Both the position numbers and the translations under genes were made by a program. A stretch of 64,000 nt of DNA from Candidatus Thalassarchaeaceae archaeon. Its GTDB lineage: Archaea > Thermoplasmatota > Poseidoniia > Poseidoniales > Thalassarchaeaceae. The notes beneath the pieces were generated by a model, which saw only the letters and a list, made by a program, of their open reading frames with translations, was not told where the DNA came from and searched no databases. Where the stretch lies: the NCBI GenBank assembly GCA_030749075.1, contig JASMKR010000035.1, positions 15,858 through 79,857 of the forward strand, given 5' to 3'. Shown here one piece after another: positions 47,163-58,700 of this stretch (its first letter is position 1; every line of letters begins with the position of its first letter).

Positions 47163-49622
47163 TCACTGCGAGAGGTCTTTGACCTTCTCGACCAGTTCCA
47201 TCCTTTGGATTCTGTTCGCCCCATATGGGGTCAGTAAAACCGAGACGAGCACCACGATTCCAATCAACTCGGCTGCCACGTATGGATCAGCTTGCACAGT
47301 AAGGAAGAAGGCCCATTGGACGAATGAGTCAATCAGTGCCTGGGTCCCCACGATAGTGAAGATGAATGCTAGGACGCCCCCAATGAGCCCGATGGCGAGG
47401 TGCTCACCGAACATCATCCAGCGAATGCGACTTATCGGGGCGCCCAGTACCCTCAGAGTGGCGATCTCCGAATCACGCTCTGCAAGGTTCAGCAGAAGCG
47501 TGTTGAATAGGACCACGGCAGCGATGAGTATGCCCAAAAAGAGGATTGCGCCGAAGGCGGCCTGCTGCTGCTCAAGGAGTGACTCGAATGTTCGTATCAA
47601 ATCCTTCTTCTGGGTTATTCCCAAGGAGATGTCTCCCAGTTCGCTGTCGACCTCCACCCCCTCGGGAAGGTCGATCAGGATCGAGGTGGCTTCGATTCCG
47701 ATGACCTGCGCCAGATCCCCCCTGTGAAAGTAGATTGTACGAGAGACCTCTCCTTGCGTTATTCCCGTAATCTCGACCTGTTTGGCGGATGAGCCGAACA
47801 TCACAGTCTGAGTCTGCCCCACATCCCATTCCAGGAAAACATGCAGGCCCTCGTCGATGAGAATCTGTGTGGTGGCTGAACCGGCTGCTGGGATGCTGCC
47901 CTCCTTGAGGTCGAGGACCATCATTGCGTCATCCTCGATAGACAGCGTGTCCAACCCATAGGCGAGCAGGTATCTGGAGTCGCCCTCGGGGTTCCCTGGA
48001 AACATCAGCACCGACTCGTGAGCAGCCCCCCTCTCATCGGCCCAGTCAATGACCGCCGCCTCCCCTCCGAATGGGACGACGACCTGAGCGTCCCAGTTCT
48101 GTTTCTCCTTTATCCCTCCCACAGTCAAATCCTCCATGGTTTCCATCATCAGGGTCATGCTGCCGAAGAGTAGCATTGAGAGTCCGACAGCGATGAATGT
48201 GAAGGCGAGTCGGGTCGGCTTCCTGATACTGGATCTGATGGTTAGGCCGGCTGTGGCAGGGAGTCTGGATGTGAGCTTCTGGATGCGTCTGGACGAGATC
48301 CTGACCTCATGCTGCCCTCGCATGACCTCGAGGGGTTGGAGTCTTGATGCCTGAACGGCTGGAAGGATGCCAGAAATCATGACCACGATCATCGAAATCC
48401 CTCCAATCTGGATGACGAGGGGAGTCACATCCGCTGGATTCAGAATCGGGACCCCGATTATTTCCTCGTAGAAACCCAGCATCGCCGGGGCTCCCACGAG
48501 TACCCCCAGCAGGGCACCGAATGAACTGCCGATGAGCCCGATTACCAAGGGCATGAGGATATAACCCGGCATTATGGCACTTCTGGGAATGCCCAGGGTT
48601 CGCAGGATTGCAATCTCCCTCGCCTGCGACTGAACAAGCCTCTGGAGGCTCAGGAAGATGGTGATCCCAGCGATGATGGCTATCATCGCAGTGACTGGGA
48701 TGTACATCATCATCGCACCCTCGGCGTCAGCTCGTAGGAGCTCTACGGAGCTGACTCCCGAGCGGTCGTAGACCAGCGAGGGGGTGTCGTCGGCCTCGAT
48801 CAAGATCGATCTGATGCTGTCCACCAGCGCGCTGAGTTCCCCCCCCTCGTTCTCCGTGGTCGACTGCAGATCGTAATCGGGCGTGCCAACGATGTCAATC
48901 AGCAGCAGATTGGACGAGCCCGGACTGATATTGGCTAGGCGCTCGAGGCCTGTGGCGGAGAGGTAGCCGGTTGCGAAGGTGCCGGGTTCGGCAGGATAGA
49001 GGATTCCCTCCTGGGCAAAGTAGAGGTGGTTGGAGTGAAGGCCTATTCCCACGACCGTGAAGTCCATCCTTCCAGCTCCGGCTCCGATGGATATGGCGTC
49101 CCCAATGCCGATGTCCATCCCCTTTGCCACGCGCACGTCAATGACTATCTCGTCGTCTTCGGAAGCGGCTTGTCCGGAGCAGCAGTCGTGGTCGGGGAAC
49201 CAGACCCTGTCGACGTAGCCCTCGTCGACGCCATGCCATATGGCCGGGACGGGTTTTTCCTCGCCCGCCTCGTCGGTGTGGAACATCAGGCCGTCGAGCC
49301 TCATGCGAGGCTCGCACTCGTTCAGAACGAGTTCGGAGTCAGGCCACTGGTTCGCTATGTCCTCGCAGATCGAGTCGGAGTCGTCCTCATCCCAAGTCCC
49401 ACTCGGATTCTCGACCCAGACATCGGGAAGGTTGACCCCATCATCCGTGTCTGCATAGATGTCCCCGTACATCCCTGAGGCTGTGTGGGCGTAGGAAGCG
49501 AAGGAAATCCCCCCCAAAACGCCGACCGTCACCATCAGGACGACAGCGACGAGCATGATCTTCTTGCGCCACAGGCTCCTTGCGAGGCGCTTGGTCAGCA
49601 GAGCGAACACGGAGCACCTCAC
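47163..49622 (-). CDS. ABC transporter permease with two FtsX domains (MacB/YbbP-type)
   Basis: 819 aa. Two modules, each an N-terminal helix, a large extracytoplasmic domain and a 3-helix FtsX bundle (REIAILRTLGIPR and SEIATLRVLGAPI). Confidence 0.85.
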   Translation of the reverse strand: MRCSVFALLTKRLARSLWRKKIMLVAVVLMVTVGVLGGISFASYAHTASGMYGDIYADTDDGVNLPDVWVENPSGTWDEDDSDSICEDIANQWPDSELVLNECEPRMRLDGLMFHTDEAGEEKPVPAIWHGVDEGYVDRVWFPDHDCCSGQAASEDDEIVIDVRVAKGMDIGIGDAISIGAGAGRMDFTVVGIGLHSNHLYFAQEGILYPAEPGTFATGYLSATGLERLANISPGSSNLLLIDIVGTPDYDLQSTTENEGGELSALVDSIRSILIEADDTPSLVYDRSGVSSVELLRADAEGAMMMYIPVTAMIAIIAGITIFLSLQRLVQSQAREIAILRTLGIPRSAIMPGYILMPLVIGLIGSSFGALLGVLVGAPAMLGFYEEIIGVPILNPADVTPLVIQIGGISMIVVMISGILPAVQASRLQPLEVMRGQHEVRISSRRIQKLTSRLPATAGLTIRSSIRKPTRLAFTFIAVGLSMLLFGSMTLMMETMEDLTVGGIKEKQNWDAQVVVPFGGEAAVIDWADERGAAHESVLMFPGNPEGDSRYLLAYGLDTLSIEDDAMMVLDLKEGSIPAAGSATTQILIDEGLHVFLEWDVGQTQTVMFGSSAKQVEITGITQGEVSRTIYFHRGDLAQVIGIEATSILIDLPEGVEVDSELGDISLGITQKKDLIRTFESLLEQQQAAFGAILFLGILIAAVVLFNTLLLNLAERDSEIATLRVLGAPISRIRWMMFGEHLAIGLIGGVLAFIFTIVGTQALIDSFVQWAFFLTVQADPYVAAELIGIVVLVSVLLTPYGANRIQRMELVEKVKDLSQ

Positions 49623-50428
49623 CCAACCGGTTCGTCCGACACTATCACGCCGCTGTCTATCCTGACCACCCTAGTGGAGAACTGGATCAGGGACTCGTCG
49701 TGAGTCACGAAGACGCAGGTGATTCCCTCGGCCTCGCAGGCCTTGACGAGGACCTCCATCACCATGGCTGAGGTATTCGAGTCGAGGTTACCGGTCAACT
49801 CGTCTCCGAGCAGCAGGCGTGGGCTTTTGGCCAGACTGCGGGCGATAGCGACCCTCTGCTGCTGGCCGCCGCTGATCTCGGCGGGGAATCGGTCAATCTC
49901 CTCTTCTAGTCCGACTAGTCTGAGCAGGCTCCTTGCACGTTCCTCGTCACGTCCTCCCGCCAATTCCTGTATCAGTAGGAGGTTCTCCAGTACCGTGAGG
50001 TCCTGGAGGAGGTTGAAGAACTGGAAGACGTATCCGATGTTCTCTCTCCTGAATGTGGTCATCTCCTCGCTCGCCTTGGCAATAGGCCTGGAGTGGGTGA
50101 AGTACTCCAGTGGGTACATCACCACTGACTCGATTGGTCTTAACCACCAATCAATGATTCTCCGTCCAGTCAATAATCTGATTCGGGGTCTTGAGATAGC
50201 GCCCTTGGGCACATCCTTGCCATTGAATGAGTAGGAGCCACTGGTCGGGGTGTCGAGCGCAGAGAGGCAGTTGAGTAGCGTTGTCTTGCCGGATCCGGAT
50301 GGTCCGAGCAGGATGATGCGGTCTCCATCGAAAACCTCCAGATCCACCCCGTCTAGGGCCTTGACGGTACCTGAAGCCATGTGATAATGCCTTTCCACCC
50401 CCCTAATGTCGACTAGTGGTTGCACCAT
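49619..50428 (-). CDS. ABC transporter ATP-binding protein (MacB/LolD-like) with insertion
   Basis: Walker A GPSGSGKTT, signature ISGGQQQRVAIARSL and Walker B LLLGDELTGNLD. About 35 extra residues sit between Walker A and the Q-loop. Confidence 0.9.
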   Translation of the reverse strand: MVQPLVDIRGVERHYHMASGTVKALDGVDLEVFDGDRIILLGPSGSGKTTLLNCLSALDTPTSGSYSFNGKDVPKGAISRPRIRLLTGRRIIDWWLRPIESVVMYPLEYFTHSRPIAKASEEMTTFRRENIGYVFQFFNLLQDLTVLENLLLIQELAGGRDEERARSLLRLVGLEEEIDRFPAEISGGQQQRVAIARSLAKSPRLLLGDELTGNLDSNTSAMVMEVLVKACEAEGITCVFVTHDESLIQFSTRVVRIDSGVIVSDEPVG

Positions 50429-50484
50429 TATTCACCACCCACGTTGCACTCAAGTCGCTTCTTATTCAAACTAATTGCAAACTC

Positions 50485-52620
50485 TCATGATTCCGAGGCG
50501 CCAGCGAAGAATGCCATGGAGTCTCGGAACAGCTCCTCCCTTCGGTACCTCTTGTTATCCCTGATCTTCAGCCATGTGAAGGCGATCGCTAGTAGTATGA
50601 CGAACGGGATGAAGGCCTCGGCGTGGTAGCGCTCCATGAACTCGATAATCCCCCTCGCGGTATAGGCCCATGTTACCGAGGCCGCGGTGCCTCCGATGAA
50701 GCAGGCGGCCAGTACCCTCCGGAAGCGCATGCGGGCTACCAGCCCGAGCATCGCGCCTACGAGAACGCCGCTCGCCATGAAGGGAATCCACACGAAGACG
50801 ATCAGGCCCCAGAAGCCGTAGCGATCGATTCGGGAGCGGTTCTTGTGAGCGACGTACTCGACCGAGGATAGGATATCGCCCATGAACGGGTTCTGCAGCA
50901 GGGCTCCGGGAATGCCTCCGCGCCTCGCCACCATCGCCTCTCCGGTCAGCTCCGCCGTACCCTGCTCGACCCTTCCCGCCACCGCCCTGTCTGCTAGGGT
51001 GGACTTCTCGTTCCTAGCGCTGACCACGAGCGCACGACCGTCGATCAGGTCTCCGAGGTCAGACTGTAACTGCTGCCTCAAGTCCCCCTGGAGGTGCTCG
51101 TAGGTCGGCTTGAACAGGAAGTATGCGAACCTTGTGACCGGGCGGTAGATAACGCGCGCGAATACGGCGTCCTCGTCGGCCATGATGGCCGCTCCGTAAT
51201 CTGCCACGTCATGCCTCTTGAACCAGCGAGCCATGCTCTCATGGAATGCCTCCTCTAGGTTCCCAAATCGCCCCATGCGAGCAAAGAAGTCGCTGTAGTC
51301 ATCAGCCATTGGGACATCTGCAGAGTCGGTGGTAAACTGGTAGACGTTCCAGCCCGGGATCTCAGTCGGCCTGGAATCGGTGCAGACCGCCTTGATTTGC
51401 AGCGGGCGCATCTCACCGAAAATGCTGAACTCCGAGAGGATGTCCTTGATAATGGTGGCCTTGACGTCGATTGGGCTTACTATCGTCCTCCTCGTGGTCT
51501 TGTAGGTAAGGTAGACATCGACTGAAATCGCCCTGTCCTGAATCATCATCGAATCGTAGTCGGGACGTATGTGAAGCCTCTCGCTCGCCGATGCGATAGT
51601 CCTCCCTATCAGGCGTCGCATCTGCTCGCTCGAGAGGAGATCGTCGGCGTCCCTATGGTAGAGTCGATGCATTAGCGGGTACTGAACACATAGGAAGAAG
51701 ATAGACATCCCCAAGGAGATAGTTGCCATGTACCATGGTGGCACTTCGGCGCTGCCGCCGGTGAGCATCGCAGTTTCCCTGCCACCGACCCATTCGGCAC
51801 CCATGAGCACCCATCCCCAGCCACCTAACCGCTGAACAGTGAAACAAGCCCTAGGCTCATCATCGAACTTCTCCATGTTCTTGTGTATCTCCGTCGACCC
51901 CCACAGCGAGGAGGTCTCCCTGCTCTCCAGAAGAATTACGATCTCCTTCGAGACGTGGATGTCTCTGCTCGCTTCAGATGAGCGAGCGAGCGAGGTCAAC
52001 TCGTGGATTGTCAAGTTGGAGAGATCAGTAGCATCGTCAGTCCAAACGAATATCTCAATGGTGACGTCATACTCCCCTTCCCCTAGGGAGTCGTAGTCCA
52101 TAGTCAGCGATAGTTCACCCACTCCACCAATCCCAAGGACAGTTTGCTCGGAGTCGTTGGATAGTGTCAGTAGCATGATAGAAGATGCCGAAGTTGGGGC
52201 GTTTTGGCTGAGAACGCGGAGGTTCTGGCTCTGGTCAATCCAAGTCTCGAACCAAATCTCCTCAGTTTTGTCAATGCAGTCGGACGAATCGAGGAAGGTT
52301 CCTGAGACCGTGTCGTCAAGCGTGATCGAGTCCCCGAACAAGAGTCCCGACGAGGTTAGGAAGACGGAGCCGAAGAAGACCGCCCCGGCAACCAGGCCGA
52401 AAACAAGGGTGTAGTCATCGAAGGTCTGGGGGATGATTGTGTTGACCATGAAGCTGTTGTCGGGATTGGTCCTCCTGTCGCGAATCCTCTTGAGTTCCAA
52501 GTCGATTCGGTCTTCCTCGATTTCCCCCTCTGGCACCTCAGTTACCTCTGGACCGGTGCCCTCTCCAACGTCGGTGGGGGGGACTTCGGGGAAACCCGGG
52601 GAACCGCCATCGCTCGACAT
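50485..52620 (-). CDS. hypothetical 711-aa polytopic membrane protein; C-terminus resembles small multidrug-export (PF06695-like) domain
   Basis: Acidic Pro-rich N-terminus, a helix, a ~200-aa ectodomain, a helix pair, a ~300-aa cytoplasmic domain, then GLIVFVWIPFMASGVLVGAMLGLVARMRFRR...GGTAASVTW. Confidence 0.6.
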   Translation of the reverse strand: MSSDGGSPGFPEVPPTDVGEGTGPEVTEVPEGEIEEDRIDLELKRIRDRRTNPDNSFMVNTIIPQTFDDYTLVFGLVAGAVFFGSVFLTSSGLLFGDSITLDDTVSGTFLDSSDCIDKTEEIWFETWIDQSQNLRVLSQNAPTSASSIMLLTLSNDSEQTVLGIGGVGELSLTMDYDSLGEGEYDVTIEIFVWTDDATDLSNLTIHELTSLARSSEASRDIHVSKEIVILLESRETSSLWGSTEIHKNMEKFDDEPRACFTVQRLGGWGWVLMGAEWVGGRETAMLTGGSAEVPPWYMATISLGMSIFFLCVQYPLMHRLYHRDADDLLSSEQMRRLIGRTIASASERLHIRPDYDSMMIQDRAISVDVYLTYKTTRRTIVSPIDVKATIIKDILSEFSIFGEMRPLQIKAVCTDSRPTEIPGWNVYQFTTDSADVPMADDYSDFFARMGRFGNLEEAFHESMARWFKRHDVADYGAAIMADEDAVFARVIYRPVTRFAYFLFKPTYEHLQGDLRQQLQSDLGDLIDGRALVVSARNEKSTLADRAVAGRVEQGTAELTGEAMVARRGGIPGALLQNPFMGDILSSVEYVAHKNRSRIDRYGFWGLIVFVWIPFMASGVLVGAMLGLVARMRFRRVLAACFIGGTAASVTWAYTARGIIEFMERYHAEAFIPFVILLAIAFTWLKIRDNKRYRREELFRDSMAFFAGASES

Positions 52621-52767
52621 GTGAGGACATAGGATGATGGGGGTATATCTGTTGTTTGCAATGCCTCTCTGGCATCACTTGGGGCATGCGTGGGAACCGC
52701 CTCTCCAAATCACAAAGCAATTGCCCCCCCAGCAGGAAATTTCTTCATCTGAATGGCAATTTTAATG

Positions 52768-52788
52768 TCCTCCTACATAGTAGGAGGA
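52768..52788 (+). promoter_or_regulatory. perfect 9-bp stem / 3-nt loop hairpin covering the GGAGG upstream of the giant ORF
   Basis: tcctcctac-ata-gtaggagga ends 2 nt before the ATG at 52791. The right arm contains the SD-like aggagg. Confidence 0.45.
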
Positions 52789-52790
52789 GC

Positions 52791-55700
52791 ATGCCTAGTG
52801 GTAACGGGGCGCGGGTCCACCTGTCTCTCCTTCTCACTTCACTGATGGTTTTCCCCACATTGTTGTCTGTCGCCGCACTAACCCTAGAGCCGCAGACAGG
52901 TGATCTAGATTCGAAATCTTCAGGAGTCTCAAAGAACGGACCTAGGGCCTACTATAGCGAATTGGGCATCCCTCAAATTAACGATCCTTCACATGGATGG
53001 TGGAATTCAGACGGCGTTGGTGAGGCCTTGCTCTACCACCGGAAGGCAACCTACGTCCCCATTGAGGATTGGCAAACCACTACGGGAGAGCGCGTTCTTT
53101 CGGGATGGCATGTCCTAGGGCACGAGTACCCCATACCTAGCAATTGGAAGGATGACCTTAGCGAGATGGGGATTGAGTGTCAGACCTTTTACTCGCCCCA
53201 AGGATTCCACTGTGATGTTCCCGACCTTTCGGGCGGAGATCTGATGGAAGCCGGAGTCATAGGGGCCTTTCGACTAGATCCAACCGACAAGCTCGCTCCC
53301 GATGTGCTACCCCTGATCTGGGGAATGGTGGAATCTAACGCGATTATGGAGGGAGACCTGTTCGTGATCAATGTCCTGCTTTCCGGGGATTTCAATCGGG
53401 GCGATATCCTGTCAAGTCCTATCGACTTGAGAGAAATGTACGCAGGTAGGTTGGCCAAGATAGTTGCAGACGAGAAGGGGATGGAGTGGCTTGTGAACCA
53501 AGATTTCGTCGAGTGGATCGAACCGGATTATCCCGTACAGTTGTCCAACGACGAAGCTGCAGAAATCATCAATGTTGATTGGGTCGGTGACCCGTCGAAT
53601 ATGGGTGGTCCGCTGAACACCCTTTCGGGTTCGGGAGTTATCGTCGCGGTGGCGGACTCCGGCTTGGATACGGCAGAGTCGTGCGGCAGTACGATTAGTT
53701 ACGCCGCCAGTTTGTTAGATTGCAACTCGAAAAACGGCGACGTTCTCGATGACTTTGTAGGAAGGATTGCCTCGGTTCAGTCCTTCCATGGTTCTTGCTC
53801 GGATGACGGGCCCAGTGACGATCATGGGCATGGCACACACGTCACTGGATCGGTTCTGGGGGATGGTTCCAACTCTCTTCCAGATGGCGAGAACTTCGCT
53901 GGAATGGCCCCAGATGCCAACTTATACATGCAAGCGATCAAGTGCGGTGGCTCCCTGTACCCCCCATCCGACTACGAAAACGACCTGTTCCTTCCTGCTT
54001 ATGAGTTTGGGGCCAGAGTCCATACCAACTCATGGGGCACAGGTCCCTCCGGAAGCACCCCCAACTACTACAGCTCATCCACACTGATGGTCGACGAGGC
54101 GGCCTATGAGATGGACGACATGGTCATCCTCTACGCTATGGGGAACGATGGATCAGATGATAACTCGAACGGCGAGATTGACCTGGAATTCATGAACAGG
54201 CAAGCGACTGCGAAGAACATACTCTCCATAGGTGCCTCGGAGAACTTCAGACCGACTCTGACTGGAAGCACATGGGGCACCGCGAACAGTGACAACTGGG
54301 GGGCTTCGCCAATCAGCAGCGATTACCTTGCAAACAACATTGAGGGTCTGGCTGCATTCTCCAACCGAGGACCGACCGACGATGGCAGGATAAAGCCCGA
54401 CCTTGTAGCCCCTGGGACATATATCATCTCCACTAGGTCCGCTGAATCCGGCGCCAGCTGTATTGAAACTGGTTACGAAAACTACTGCTACAATCAGGGA
54501 ACATCCATGGCGACTCCGATTACCGCAGGCTCGACCGCACTGATACTGGAGTACCTCAACAATCAGGGCTACACTGACGATTTCACCAAGTCCAATGACC
54601 CAGCATCTGCCATGGTGAAGGCTATGATGGCGTCAGGGGCCCACGATATGGAAGGGCAGTACAGCACCGGCGGTGATGGTAAGAACGGGGCTGCAGACTC
54701 CGCGCCAAATCCTCATGAGGGCTGGGGCTTACTTGATCTCCAAGGGACTGTCGGGACATCCTTCATGGATGGAATCAGTATCGCTACTCAGGAGAGTCAC
54801 TCGATGAGGCTGACCGTTCCGGTCGGTATCCCTGAGTTCCGCGTTGTTCTCTCTTGGAATGACCCTCCTAACTCACCCTCAGCGGGCAAGCAACTTATCA
54901 ACGACCTAGACATTTTCCTGAAGAACCCCAGCGGTGCCACCTTCAATTACGTTAACGACGATGTAAACAACTTGGTTGGAGTGACTGTAGAAAGCCCAGA
55001 TGCTGGTGACTGGGAGGTTATTATCAACGGCGCCAACGTTGCCGATGGCCCGCAAATCTACTACGTCGCCGTGAGCAATGGACTCGTTATCACCGACATG
55101 AGGCATCCGGTTTCCGATACCCTCAACATCGCTGGTTTCCAATCTGGTTCCATTTTCACCGAGACCACGGTATCTGTTGGCGGGAACCACATATGCGCTA
55201 TTATCGACGATTCGTCCCTACAGTGCTGGGGTGACAACTCGTTTGGGCAAGTAGGGGATGGGACCACCACAGACAGGTTGACTATGACCTCTGTAGCACT
55301 GGACTCCGGCAGAACTGCAGTGTCCGTAAGCACGGGGGAGTCCTACACCTGCGCCACACTCGACGACTCGAGCCTGAGGTGCTGGGGGAGGAACAATAAG
55401 GGGCAGTTGGGAGATGGTACCACCACCAACTCCATTTCCCCTGTTTCCGTCGGTCTCGGTGGCTTCCCAGTCCAGGTTTCCTCAGGTCTAAGGCATACCT
55501 GCGCTGTTCTGACTGATGCCAGTTTGAAATGTTGGGGGGACAATGCGAACGGCCAGCTAGGTATCGGGTCAAACTCGGATAGCAGCACTCCAGTTACAGT
55601 CAGTTTCAGCGGTGGCAAGAAAGTGCTTGCTGTCTCCACTGGGGCTGCTCATACCTGTGCGGTGCTGGATGACAGGAGCCTGCAATGCTGGGGCGAGAAC

Positions 55701-58700
55701 GGGGATGGCCAACTTGGAATTGGGACTAATTCCGATAGCGATTCTCCGTCTGAAGTAACTGTAGGGGGCTATGTTGTTGCTGTCTCGGCAGGGGGGTCAC
55801 ATACCTGTGCTCTGATGGTAAACCAGGATCTCAAGTGCTGGGGCAGCAATAGCCAGGGCCAACTCGGGAGCGGGGACCAAGTTTCCCAGAACTCGCCAAC
55901 AACAGCAGTTCTTTCAGAAGTAATTTCTATTGATGTTGGGGGCGAACACTCGTGTGCGGTCAACCTCACCCAAACGTTGTACTGCTGGGGTGCGAATTCG
56001 GGCGGTCAGGTCGGGGATGGAACAACCAGTACCGCTACCTCGCCAACTATGATTAGCGTGGGTTCCTCATTGGGTGCAATATCAGTTTCCGCGGGTGGCT
56101 CTTTCTCTTGTGTCACGGCTAGCAACGACCTTCTAAGCTGCTGGGGCGGAGCGAGTTCGGATTCGATTTCAATAGGATCTTCGCCTAGCGAGATCGAGTT
56201 ATCACGCTGGACATACATCAATTCCGCGGAGAGAGATTTGGACGATGATGGGTCGCTGAACCTTTTCGACACTCATGGACCGGGGGACAATGATGGTGAT
56301 GGCTTCCCATCAGGGTCAAATGATGTGGATGACAGCAACCCCGCAAGAGCCGCTGACTGTAGTCCCGGCTCCTATGGCAGGTACATCTGCAAGGTGGCAA
56401 CTGTCGGATTCTTCGTCAGCGACCCGGGTAGCCTTGTGATGACGCCGGCCAGTTCTGGGCACTACGTCGATACTGACGGGGCTTCAATCGACACGCCCTG
56501 CGCGGTTGGAACATACCAAGAACGAACTGGTCAGACCTCATGCGACCCGTCGCGAGCTGGATACTACGTCGATCTGGAGGGGCAATCATCCGATACCCCC
56601 TGTCCGGGAGGTAAGTTCAACCCAAATACTGGTTCCATGTCTGAAGAAGACTGCACGGGGTCGGAACCGGGCTACAACGTGCCCATCCTAACCCAAATAA
56701 GTTCTGGCTCTTTCCATACATGCGCTATCCTCGACGACGGTTCGGTGAGTTGCTGGGGAGACAACGCGAATGGGCAACTGGGTGACGGCACTAGATCTGG
56801 GCACACCTCTCCGGAAACTGTCCTGCTACCTTTGGGCAAGTCCGCAGTAGCTATTTCCTCTGGATCATACCACACTTGCGCCGTCTTGGATGACGGTTCT
56901 CTACGGTGTTGGGGTAACAATGAATTCGGCCAACTCGGTGATGAAACTACAATCGAGAGGATTAGCCCAGTAAGTGTTGACCTCGGCTCGGGGAGGACTG
57001 CTGCGAGCGTGTCAGCTGGCGAGTCACATACCTGTGCTGTGCTCGATGATTCAAGCGTGAAGTGCTGGGGGGAGAATAGCAACGGGCAGCTGGGAGATGG
57101 AACTAGTACGAACCGCTTCAGCCCTGTTTCGATAGGGCTGGGTGACGGCAATACGGCCGTATCGGTGTCTTCGGGCTCTTACCATACCTGCGCCATTACG
57201 GACGAAAGGATGGTGAAGTGCTGGGGCGACAACTGGCATGGGCAATTGGGAGACGGCAGTACTGGAGACCGGTTTTCCCCTACGAAAATCGATTTGCCGA
57301 TTAATAGCAGCGCTGTGACCCTGTCATCTGGCTCTTTCCACACCTGCGTGGGCCTCAATGATGGATCCATGTTCTGTTGGGGATACAATGCATATGGGCA
57401 ACTTGGTAACGGGAACATGTCGAATAGCCACTCACCCTCTGCAGTGGGATTGATCGAGTCAGAATCCCCCACTCAAGTCTCTATTGGAATGTATCACAGC
57501 TGTGCACTTTTCGACAGCGGCAGCGTATCCTGCTGGGGCGGGAACTCAGAGGGACAGCTCGGGGATGGAGGTCAGATTGAAAGTTTGATTCCCCAAACCG
57601 TCGCCCTTCCCGCAGGAAAGGACGCGCTTTCAATCTCGATAGGGCAACGGCACTCCTGCGCTATTCTGAACGATGCGACTCTCTATTGTTGGGGCTACAA
57701 TGCCAACGGGCAACTCGGGGATGGAGGGACGACGAATCGCCTTTTGCCATCCAACATTGACTTGCGACATGGGTCAAGCGCCCAGATAGCATGCTCCCCG
57801 GGGACATTCCAGCCTAATGCGTCACAGACTTCTTGCATTCTCGCTGACAGGGGGTATAGCGTCCCCCTACAGGCTTCGCTCAATCAGACTGGCTGTACCA
57901 AGGGATACTATTCGAGTCTGAGGGGTCAGGAGTCATGCATTATGGCCTCGATTGGTTATTACGTGGACGAGAACCTAGCTGACTCACAAACTGCCTGTCC
58001 TCCGTTCAACTCCACTGTACAACGAGGTTCGAACAACTTCGATCTATGCAAGCCCGACTTCGACGGTGACATGTCTCCAGATGTGATTGATCTGGATGAC
58101 GATGCCGACGGCGTGGAGGATCGCTACGACTTCGATCCACTCGACCCTGAGGTCTCTATTGACTCCGACGGGGACTCGATTCCCGATAGCCTGGATAGCG
58201 ATGACGACAACGACGGCGTGAACGACACCACTGACAAATTTCCATACAACCAAGACGAATGGGAGGACAAGGACGAGGATGGAGTGGGGGACAACAGCGA
58301 CAACGATGACGATAACGACGGACGAGAAGACTCATTCGACGTGTTCCCCAACGATCCCGCGGAATGGTCGGATTTCGACGGGGACGGCATTGGCGACAAT
58401 GCCGATGAGGACGACGACAACGACGGCGTCAACGATGTTGACAACGACCCCTATGCCGATTTGGATGACGCGTTCCCGCTCGACAGTACGGAATGGATAG
58501 ATACCGATGACGACAGCATCGGCAACAACGCCGACACCGATGATGACGGGGACGGTTTCGATGATGAATTGGATGCGTTCCCTCTCGACCCAACGGAGTG
58601 GCTCGACAGTGATGGTGACACTTTCGGTGACAATTTCGACTGGGACGACAACAATCCATTCGAGTGGATGGATTCGGATGGAGATCAGATTGGTGATAAC

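Noticed and set aside
46828-47727. 299-aa plus-strand ORF spanning the xth/ABC-permease boundary
   Set aside because: It is antisense to two well-supported genes, Ser/Arg/Thr-rich and without motifs.
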